Source of the DNA: a virus
DNA: 64,000 nt
Strand: one strand, 5' to 3'
IMG/VR virus record: IMGVR_UViG_3300004369_000003
Coordinates: 38,540-102,539 of that record
The notes beneath the pieces were generated by a model. That model had not been told where the DNA came from, did not search any database, and was given only the letters and a program-made list of their open reading frames with translations. Shown in pieces: positions 48,851 to 56,840 of this stretch. Both the position numbers and the translations under genes were made by a program. Each line of letters begins with the position of its first letter. The stretch's first letter is position 1.

Positions 48851-51022
48851 TTAGTACTCGATTGCAGCAGCAGTTGCCTGACCAGTGGTGTCACGCAGAG
48901 CAGCAGCCACACCGTTGACCGAGATGGTCGATGTGATTGCAAGGCCCTCAACGCCAACCTTGGCAATGCCCTCGAAGGTCTCAACGAACATCTTGTAGTC
49001 GTTGGTGCCAACAAGGCTGGAGTCACGGATAATTCCGAGGTCCAGAGTTCCGCCATCAAGGAACAGGAATGTTCCTTCAGCGAACATGTACCAAGTGAAG
49101 GAGTCAGCAAACTCGTTCAGAGTGCCAGTGCTTTGTGCACCGTAGACGTTCTGGTCGAGTGAGTAGCTGGCAACTACACCGCGTGATGCGAGGTAGCCGT
49201 CAATCTCACCGTATGCGTTGAGTGTGTTGTCTCCTGGCATTGCAAGAGTGAGGTCAGCAGCCATGGCGTCCTTCACCCAAGCAGGGAGAATGACACGCAG
49301 TGGGGCGTCTGCCTCAAGGCGGTGACGCGAGCGGTACGCAGTTGCAGCGCGACCGACCTGGACGAGCATGTCGCGACCGAAGCCAATAAGGCTTGTGGTG
49401 CTCACGGCTGTCGAGCCAGCGGCAATCTTGCTGAGTAGGTACTGCTCGGCCTCACGAGCGTGCTGAATCAGACCGAGCTCGTTGTGACGAGCAATCAGTT
49501 CTGGGTATGCACGGGTTGCGAGGTTACCGAACTGCATTTGGAGAGTCACAGCGTCGGTAGCGACGGTGTTCTCGGCAGCAGCTGCCACAGTCAGGCTGGT
49601 CTTAGCAGCGGGGCTTGGGGTCTCAGCAGCATCGTTAGCGGCTGTCCAAACGCCCACGGCGTCGCCGTAGCTTGAAAGGACGGGGGGAGTTACGAAGCGG
49701 ATACCGCCACGGTCAGCCTGGAAGCGAGGCAGTGCATCGCGAACAGGACGGGCTGTGGTTCCGATACCGAAGATGTCGTACTTGGCCTCGAAAGGTGCAA
49801 CGTGTCCACCAGCAGCAACAATGGCTGCAGGAGAAGCAACGTTCTGAATCTTGGCCCAGTTTGACTCGGCGTCGGCGGTTAGGGTTCGCTCCTCTGGGAA
49901 GGATGTGGTGACAGAAGCAACGATGTGCTGCTCTCCATCTCCACCATTCACGCGACGAAGCGCGTGAATGCGCTTTGCCATAGCCTCGGCTACGGCGTTC
50001 ATGTCTTCCAGTGGGCTGCCAGCTGTGTAACCAGGGATGTCTGCGCCCGCCGTGATAGCCACGGTAGCGGCAGATTCCTTGATTTCCAGACGGCGGTCCT
50101 CTGGGACCTCAATGCTGAGGTTGTCTGCGTTATCTGCAGCGGCGGTCACAGGTGCCTCCATGGTTTCTTGAGCTGATTGCTCAGTTGTTGGTTCTTGAAT
50201 TGCAGCTTCTGCATCCTCGGAAACCTCAGCAGCAGCATCTTCTTCGGAGTCCTCGGCCTCAGCGGCTTCGTCCTCTTCCGAAGAAGCCTCAGTTGTGGCC
50301 TCTTCCTCTACGGAAGCTTCCGCAACGGCGTCGTCTTCAACAGAAGCGTCGGCTTCGGCCTCAACGGCCTCTTCCTCATCCTCTGGTGCATCCTCAGCAG
50401 AAGCGGTTACGGGTTCCTCAACTGCGGGCGCAGTCTCGGGGGTTGTTTCCTCGGCGGAAGCCTCAGATACAATTTCTGTCTCAGTCGAGAGTTCAGCGGT
50501 CTTCTCCGCTTCAGCTGACGCTTCGGACATCTTCTTCTTCTCCTCTTCGTCCTCAGCCTTTGGGGCTTCGGCATCGGGTTCGGTTTCTACGGGAGCCTCA
50601 GACTCGGCAGGAGCCGTCTCCTTGACTTCCTCGACAGGGGCTTCAGCCTCTGGCTTCTTCTCCTCGTCTTTCATGTCGCCATGCATGGCGGCTTCAGACT
50701 CAGAGTCATCCTTTGGCATTTCCTCTGTCTTCTCCGTGGAAGAATCAGAATCGTCTTCCTTGTCGCCGTCTTGCCCGTATACACGAGACGCGGCCTCAGC
50801 GGCCCGCTGGGCGAGCTCCTCGACTGCGGCTTCGCGTTGCTTAATTTCAGTTCGCACTGCATCAAGCATGTCGGCAAGCGACGTCATAGCGTCAACTGTT
50901 TCAGGAGAGGGGTCTTCTTTCTCGACCGATTCAAATTCGCTGATGATTCCACTTTGCAGTTCGGCAACTTGCGCGTCGTCGAGCTGTGACAGTTGGTCCA
51001 TCATCTCTTTAATTCGGTCCAC
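48851..51022 (-). CDS. Major capsid (hexamer) protein with N-terminal acidic scaffold-like region
   Basis: Coiled-coil N-terminus, ~250-aa Glu/Ala-rich linker, IVAAGGxxAP, RGGIRF, GTLDLGIIRDSSLVGTNDY. Confidence 0.85.
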   Translation of the reverse strand: MDRIKEMMDQLSQLDDAQVAELQSGIISEFESVEKEDPSPETVDAMTSLADMLDAVRTEIKQREAAVEELAQRAAEAASRVYGQDGDKEDDSDSSTEKTEEMPKDDSESEAAMHGDMKDEEKKPEAEAPVEEVKETAPAESEAPVETEPDAEAPKAEDEEEKKKMSEASAEAEKTAELSTETEIVSEASAEETTPETAPAVEEPVTASAEDAPEDEEEAVEAEADASVEDDAVAEASVEEEATTEASSEEDEAAEAEDSEEDAAAEVSEDAEAAIQEPTTEQSAQETMEAPVTAAADNADNLSIEVPEDRRLEIKESAATVAITAGADIPGYTAGSPLEDMNAVAEAMAKRIHALRRVNGGDGEQHIVASVTTSFPEERTLTADAESNWAKIQNVASPAAIVAAGGHVAPFEAKYDIFGIGTTARPVRDALPRFQADRGGIRFVTPPVLSSYGDAVGVWTAANDAAETPSPAAKTSLTVAAAAENTVATDAVTLQMQFGNLATRAYPELIARHNELGLIQHAREAEQYLLSKIAAGSTAVSTTSLIGFGRDMLVQVGRAATAYRSRHRLEADAPLRVILPAWVKDAMAADLTLAMPGDNTLNAYGEIDGYLASRGVVASYSLDQNVYGAQSTGTLNEFADSFTWYMFAEGTFLFLDGGTLDLGIIRDSSLVGTNDYKMFVETFEGIAKVGVEGLAITSTISVNGVAAALRDTTGQATAAAIEY

Positions 51023-51189
51023 TGTCCCTCCTTAGGGCAGTTAGGTGAGAACATGACTGTTCTCATGTTCGCTGATGAGTCGAGGCCGAGGGACTCCGAG
51101 ACGCCAAAGCGTGGAGGCACTCCACCTATTTAGAATGTTACATAATCCCCAGAGAGGTGATTGTACGATTTTGATGCTCTTTCTGGCAC
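51023..51189 (-). promoter_or_regulatory. Structured 5' leader/promoter region of major capsid gene
   Basis: On the - strand: TACAAT/TAACAT -10 candidates, hairpins GTGGAG-TGC-CTCCAC, GAGTC...GACTC and TGAGAACA-GTCA-TGTTCTCA, then AAGGAGG RBS. Confidence 0.55.
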
Positions 51190-54100
51190 TTAGGTAAGGA
51201 GCCTTAGGAGCTTCGCCATCTCACTGGAGATTTCACTTTGGTTGAAGTAATCGCCGCCCGACATAAACCGCTTAAGTTTCTCGGTAGCAACGTCGGCGTC
51301 TTCATCACCAATCTTTTCTTCAACCCTTTTAATCATGTCTTCCATGAGTTTTTTCAGGGCTGGGGGTACATCGGAAAATCTGATTTTTTCTGCCTGCTCG
51401 CCAAAGGCAAATGGCAGGTTGGCAATGACCTTGCCTAGTTCCGCTGAACTGTTTCGGACGTTCTCCAAAGCTTCAGGATTAAGTGCTTTTGCGTCCAATC
51501 GGTCAATAATGCCCACTAAATCCTGGGCTGCCTTGGCTGCATTCTTGTAGTTTCCAGCGTTGTCAAGGTTTTCGGCCTCTTCGACCTTCTCAACTACTCG
51601 GTCCAGACCTGCGGTTCCTAGGTCAGCCTTTAGGCGAGCCAGGACCTTTCTGAACTTTCCAGACGCATCTCGGGGTTGAGTCTGGGGGGTGTATTTACCC
51701 CCATCATCTTTTTTTGCCCGATTCATCCTCTCTACCTTGAGGGCTTCAATCTCCTCTTCGGTGAGGTCCTCAATCTCTTCTGCAAATGTCGCAGAAGCGG
51801 TCAAAGCACGCTCATCAAAAAGTGCTTCTAAATTTGTAGATTGAGAGGCTAATTCTGCTCGGAGACGTAGGTCATTGGCGACATCATCAATTGAGGCCAC
51901 TTTCCAGTTCTCTGGGATTAGTTCTTCCTTGCCAAGAGCACGGGCACGCTTTCGAATGTGGGTCCGAACCTTGGCGCGGTCTTCGGGGTTAGAGCGACCG
52001 TAAGCCGAAATGGCGTTCTTCAGGTCTGACTCATTGCGGATGGGGTATGAACCATCAGGCAGAGCCTGACCTTTCTTTGCCAAAGCCTGACGCTCTTCTT
52101 CGGTGAACTTTTTGAATTCTGTAACTGCGGCTACTGCAAGGGCACGCTCTTGAACTGTTGCCTCTGCGCCATCGGAAATGAACTCACCGAAGTCTTCAGC
52201 AGAAGCGTTAGTCCACTTCTGTGGAATAAGGTCAAGACGACGAAGTGCACGAGCACGACGCATAATGTGCTTGCGAACTTTGCCCTTACTTCCTGGCTTA
52301 GCCCGACCATAAGCACGGACGGCGTTCTTCAAATCTCCAGCGTCCCGAATTGGGAACGAGCCATCATCTAGAGCTTTGCCTTCTTTAGCAAGACGCATAC
52401 GAGTTCGGCGTGAAACGACAGCCATTTCATTCTCTGGATTGTCGTCCAGCATCTGAATCATGTACTCCCAGTCGCCTTCTGCTTCGTCCTCTTTCTTAGC
52501 CTTCTTGACGCGAGCGGCAAGTTCAGCGTGCTTGCTAGCAACAAGAGGATTTTCAAGACGGTCAAGGCGCTCACTGAGTTCCGCAATCGGGTCATGCTTC
52601 AGTTGAGCCAAAACATTGGCACCTGCGGCTACTAGGGCCAGAACCTGACCAGAAGCAACGCGAGCACGAGCAATCGGGAAGCCTGGAACGTTGACTTGGC
52701 ATACTGCAACAAGCTCAAGGTGACCCTTGATTGGACGCCAGTCACCAGAAGGTGCCGATGCACGGGCGGCACGGATTTGCTCTGGGGTGGTACCAGGACG
52801 CAACGCACCAGCAACCCAGATTCCGTAAGCGTCCTCGCCAGCGTGGACATCGGCAAAAGCGGAAGCTGTGTCGTCGTAGTGGCGAACTGCCTCATCGGCA
52901 GAAGCCTCAAGTCCAGCGTGACCGCCAGCCAAGGTCAACTGACCGACAGGAATGTCATCGCCTTCATCTGTGCGAAGTAGTCCAGTGTGGAAGTAGGCGT
53001 ACTTGCTACGGCTACGGGGTGGACGAGTACCAAAAGCCATTCCAATGTGGTCAACGTGCCACGCGGCAATGTGTCCGAAGACTCGACCGTCATCGGTGAT
53101 GGTGAGTGGGGTGGCCTTGCTGAGTTTCGGGTCGTTGAACCACTCAACTGGTGGAGCCATAGGAATCGCGTCAGCAACCATGCCACATGCAACAAGGGCA
53201 GAGGCGTCTAGAGGGTTCACCCCCTCAACGTAGATTCCGTCTGGTACAGCCACATCGCCCTCCTGGGTTTTGTCTTCCTCGTCAATAAGCTGAATAAAGC
53301 ATTCTTGGAACGCAGGTTTCGGGACGATGGTTACAGCCATCACCCGTGCGCTCGTGATATTTATTCTACCTGAACCCATTTTCTTTGAGTCCTCTTCGCC
53401 GTCAGCGAGTTCAGGAATCTCTGGCTCCTCTGCCTCAAACTTGTCCATGTCAGCCGAAACCCCACGAATAAACCCGTGGCGCACGAGGCGCTCTGCTTCC
53501 TTGCCAAATTCACCATCGTCAAACACGCCGTAGGCGTTTCCGATGCCTTGGTCAGTTCGCTCCATGTGGGTAATTTGACCGACAACCACCGAACCGTCGT
53601 GGCCCTGTCCTGTCTTGATTTGCCACAAAAGAGGTAGCGGAAGGTCGCGAATTTCAATAGCACCCTTTTCAAAGATTCGTCCGTCACCAGACTCCATCGC
53701 CTCTGGGATTACCAAAGGAATAATGAACTTGGAACCATGAGAACCTGGCTTGGCACCTTCGCGACCAACCAACCTTGAACGTGCGGATTCTGCGCGAGCA
53801 CGCAAAGTCAACTCGCCAATAACTTTTTCTTCTGACTTAAGAGATTCAATATCCGCTGAACCGCGAATTCCCTTTTTCTTTTTACCAACGTTGTACTTAG
53901 ACCCAGGCCAAACGCCTGTCATTTCCTTGTGGCGAAGAGCGCAGTAGCCCTTTGCTCGTGGTCCCATGTACTTGCGTAGGTAGCGGTTGCAACGAGTCCA
54001 GTCGCCAGGAGTGTTCCAGCGAATCTTGAGACCGCCCTTACCAACAGTCCAGTAGCGACGCAGTTTCTCAGCGTTACCACGGTTGCGGTCAAGACCGCCA

Positions 54101-56256
54101 GCGGCCTGAATGGCGGCAATGATGGCGTTGTTTGTTAGGGCATAGTGGCTTGGGATTCCAGAAGCAGCAACCGAATTGTTGCCATCAATCTGGTCAACAA
54201 CAGAAGCAAGTGTCTCGTTATCAAGCAAAACTACTGGAGGTGGAGTTGGGCTGGCAAGGTCGCGAGCGAACTGGTCATCACGCTCCCACTTTGATTGCTT
54301 GCGAACAAAAGTTGCTGGTGTTCGGGTTTTCTTACCTGCAGGAATGAGGCAAATGAGATTCATCACTGCCTGAGGGTCATCCTCAGCAACAATTGCCATG
54401 TAAATCGGAGGAACATCTGCGGTTTCTGGAGTTAGCTCAACATCCTTCTCGGCAGAAGCCTTAATGCCAAGTTTCTCAAGAGATTCCTTAGCAGTTTGGA
54501 TGTTCTTCGGGCGGTACCATCCAACAGGGCTAGGAGCAAGACGAGAACCGCCACCTGGCTTGGCATTACGGAAAGAGTTACTGTTTCCCTCTTTCTCCCA
54601 CCAGTCTCGAAGGTCTGGTTCCATCTCAAGAGCGTTCGGGGCAAATGCTGGGTTCCAACCCTTTTTGACAGTTCCGTCAGGGTTCAATCCCAAGTTGTAG
54701 TACTTGCCAAGAGCAGTATTTACATCTGGAACTGCCTTGTAGGTTTTTGGCGGAATCGGGTCGCCTTCATATTCAGGTGAGAGCCTCTGCTCAGCAACCC
54801 AAGCGCCCCAGTCATTGACGAGGGTGTTGACGGCTGGTGCTGTCAGCGGAGGAAGGCGACCAGGCAACTGCGCTGTTGGCTGGTCAATCGGTACACGAGG
54901 CTCACCGAGGATGCCCGTGAAGTCAAGATTGTTAGCGGGAAAGTTTGCTTGGGAGACAGGCTCAAAAGTGCTGACTTCCTGCACCGTGTTGCCAGGAATC
55001 GTGACAGTGTTGCCGTTGTCTAGTTCAACTCCGACCTCTTGAGTGTCACCGTTAATTGATGTGATGTTGCCTTGGTAGTTATAGTCGCCACCAATGACGA
55101 CACGCTGGCCTACCTCAGCAAAGCGACCGAGTTTGTCACGAACCTGTTGGGACGCCGCTTGAGAACGCTCTTCTGGTGTGTACTCGCCAGGAGTTTCGTC
55201 CTCAGCAAATTCTGTAATAGAAGCCAGAAGACCACCAAAGTCGTCTTCCCAGTCTTCTGCTTCCTCAACGGTGTCATCACTTAGTTGGTCAAGAAACTGC
55301 CAATCCAATTCTGGAATGGCTTTCTCAAACATCTCTGTCTCGTCAAACTCAATCCTGTGAAGGTGGATTGTCTCCATAGGACTGTTGTCAAGCATTGCTG
55401 AAATCTTTAGTGCAGACTCGCGGTCAACAGGTGTGTGAATTTTCTGGCACTTGTCGTATGGGTCGTCAAGAGTTTTGTCGTAAGTGAGGAAGTCGTGTCT
55501 AATGTTTCCTAGGTCGTCCCAGGACCCATCGTCCCAGACGCAGACAGAACCGTCTTCATCAACCTTATAAAGTCGGTCAATTCCAGAACCATCTAGACGA
55601 ATACGGATGAAGAAATCTGGCTCAATATCAGAAGGACGGAAGGAGTCGTGGTCAACTCTGCTCTCTCGGTTGTAGTCATCAAAACCATGAGAAGCAACGA
55701 TTGCAGCACTGCTCTTCTTTTTATTTTCTCGCTCTACGATTGCAGAGGCCCAGCGTTGGGCAGCGTCTCCTCCCCAAAGAGCCCAGGCGATTCGACCATT
55801 TGACGGGTAGCCGTCTTGTCCTGGCTTGTAGCCCTTGCCTTTTTTGTCTACTTCGTGGCGTGGGAAATACTTCGCGATGTGGCGGACTTTCTTGATTCCA
55901 ATTTGTCCACCATTAGCAAGGGTGCGAGCGGTATTGAGACCAACAGGGGTCCCACCACGCTTTTCTTCTTTACGCCACGCAAGACCGCGCTTAGCTTCAG
56001 CAACAACTGCATCTGGGATTGTGTACATGCGGTCGTTATCCGCAAAAACTCTAATGTCCAAGTCCGTCATAGCGGCATTGGCTAGTTCGTAAGAGATGTC
56101 CTGTGGCTTGTCGCCGTACTGATTCCACTCCTCTGTCGCAAAGAGGTCGTTAAGAAGTCCATAAGAGGACACCATGTTTGTGGTTTCGTCAACGACAGCA
56201 CCGAGGTCGTCGGTTGCGAACAACACAAGATTGTTGCTTCTACCGATGTAGTTCAC
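51190..56256 (-). CDS. Capsid maturation (prohead) protease multidomain fusion, ~1690 aa
   Basis: Likely GTG start at 56256 (GGAG RBS, 2 nt after the upstream stop). Protease-like SGDGRIF...LPLPLLWQ...GHDGSVVVG...GVSADMD...VPKPAF; two DGS(F/Y)PIR...DLKNA repeats (DUF6582-like); IAWALWGGD domain. Confidence 0.8.
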   Translation of the reverse strand: MNYIGRSNNLVLFATDDLGAVVDETTNMVSSYGLLNDLFATEEWNQYGDKPQDISYELANAAMTDLDIRVFADNDRMYTIPDAVVAEAKRGLAWRKEEKRGGTPVGLNTARTLANGGQIGIKKVRHIAKYFPRHEVDKKGKGYKPGQDGYPSNGRIAWALWGGDAAQRWASAIVERENKKKSSAAIVASHGFDDYNRESRVDHDSFRPSDIEPDFFIRIRLDGSGIDRLYKVDEDGSVCVWDDGSWDDLGNIRHDFLTYDKTLDDPYDKCQKIHTPVDRESALKISAMLDNSPMETIHLHRIEFDETEMFEKAIPELDWQFLDQLSDDTVEEAEDWEDDFGGLLASITEFAEDETPGEYTPEERSQAASQQVRDKLGRFAEVGQRVVIGGDYNYQGNITSINGDTQEVGVELDNGNTVTIPGNTVQEVSTFEPVSQANFPANNLDFTGILGEPRVPIDQPTAQLPGRLPPLTAPAVNTLVNDWGAWVAEQRLSPEYEGDPIPPKTYKAVPDVNTALGKYYNLGLNPDGTVKKGWNPAFAPNALEMEPDLRDWWEKEGNSNSFRNAKPGGGSRLAPSPVGWYRPKNIQTAKESLEKLGIKASAEKDVELTPETADVPPIYMAIVAEDDPQAVMNLICLIPAGKKTRTPATFVRKQSKWERDDQFARDLASPTPPPVVLLDNETLASVVDQIDGNNSVAASGIPSHYALTNNAIIAAIQAAGGLDRNRGNAEKLRRYWTVGKGGLKIRWNTPGDWTRCNRYLRKYMGPRAKGYCALRHKEMTGVWPGSKYNVGKKKKGIRGSADIESLKSEEKVIGELTLRARAESARSRLVGREGAKPGSHGSKFIIPLVIPEAMESGDGRIFEKGAIEIRDLPLPLLWQIKTGQGHDGSVVVGQITHMERTDQGIGNAYGVFDDGEFGKEAERLVRHGFIRGVSADMDKFEAEEPEIPELADGEEDSKKMGSGRINITSARVMAVTIVPKPAFQECFIQLIDEEDKTQEGDVAVPDGIYVEGVNPLDASALVACGMVADAIPMAPPVEWFNDPKLSKATPLTITDDGRVFGHIAAWHVDHIGMAFGTRPPRSRSKYAYFHTGLLRTDEGDDIPVGQLTLAGGHAGLEASADEAVRHYDDTASAFADVHAGEDAYGIWVAGALRPGTTPEQIRAARASAPSGDWRPIKGHLELVAVCQVNVPGFPIARARVASGQVLALVAAGANVLAQLKHDPIAELSERLDRLENPLVASKHAELAARVKKAKKEDEAEGDWEYMIQMLDDNPENEMAVVSRRTRMRLAKEGKALDDGSFPIRDAGDLKNAVRAYGRAKPGSKGKVRKHIMRRARALRRLDLIPQKWTNASAEDFGEFISDGAEATVQERALAVAAVTEFKKFTEEERQALAKKGQALPDGSYPIRNESDLKNAISAYGRSNPEDRAKVRTHIRKRARALGKEELIPENWKVASIDDVANDLRLRAELASQSTNLEALFDERALTASATFAEEIEDLTEEEIEALKVERMNRAKKDDGGKYTPQTQPRDASGKFRKVLARLKADLGTAGLDRVVEKVEEAENLDNAGNYKNAAKAAQDLVGIIDRLDAKALNPEALENVRNSSAELGKVIANLPFAFGEQAEKIRFSDVPPALKKLMEDMIKRVEEKIGDEDADVATEKLKRFMSGGDYFNQSEISSEMAKLLRLLT

Positions 56257-56258
56257 GT

Positions 56259-56534
56259 TTACTCCGACTCCTCTGGGAGAGCATATTCCTGCAGGTCGTC
56301 GTCCATTAGACCTTCGCCTGCATCCCACTTCTCAATAACAGGAGTGGACTTAGAAGGGTCAAGTTCAATAACGAGCATGTCGTCATACTCGTCCTCGGTG
56401 TCTTCATAGTCGGGGACCCACTTGCCATTTTCTCTTTTGAAGAGGCCAAGGCCAGAAACTTGGTATGAAAGAACTTTGACCTCGCGAGTCTCCCTGTCTA
56501 GGAGTGCATCAAGGGTTTCCACGTTATCTGCCAC
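56259..56534 (-). CDS. Small acidic hypothetical protein
   Basis: 91 aa, very Asp/Glu-rich, GGAAGG RBS, coupled to neighbours. Confidence 0.75.
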   Translation of the reverse strand: MADNVETLDALLDRETREVKVLSYQVSGLGLFKRENGKWVPDYEDTEDEYDDMLVIELDPSKSTPVIEKWDAGEGLMDDDLQEYALPEESE

Positions 56535-56838
56535 CTTCCTGCACCTCCTTTAGGTATTCCTCGTTGAAATGCTCTACATCGTCCTCTTGGATAGGACGAA
56601 CGATGTACTTCTCTTCCCATGATTCAAATTCAATTGTACGCGCATCCTCATTGATGATGAGGTCATCTTTGGCTACGGGAAGGACCAATTCGTCCAGCAA
56701 AAGACCACTCAGTTCAACGTCTTCTCCGTCAAATTCTTTGTAATAGACATCAAAGACAAGTCGTCGGCTCTTAGGTTCTGTCAGTCTCTCCAGAACTCCT
56801 GGAGTGTCAAAAATGAGTTCATCTTTAACGAATGGCAT
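56524..56838 (-). CDS. Small acidic hypothetical protein
   Basis: 104 aa, Asp/Glu-rich, starts 2 nt after the giant ORF stop. Confidence 0.75.
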   Translation of the reverse strand: MPFVKDELIFDTPGVLERLTEPKSRRLVFDVYYKEFDGEDVELSGLLLDELVLPVAKDDLIINEDARTIEFESWEEKYIVRPIQEDDVEHFNEEYLKEVQEGGR

Positions 56839-56840
56839 CT

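Noticed and set aside
50152-51035. Ser/Ala-rich + strand ORFs opposite the MCP N-terminus
   Set aside because: Antisense of a low-complexity Glu/Ala region
56257-56328. ORF-track N-terminal extension of the 1712-aa protein
   Set aside because: Overlaps the upstream gene; a better GTG start with RBS exists at 56256. Likewise the track starts at 31487 and 31777 were trimmed, and those at 422 and 63746 are not true starts.
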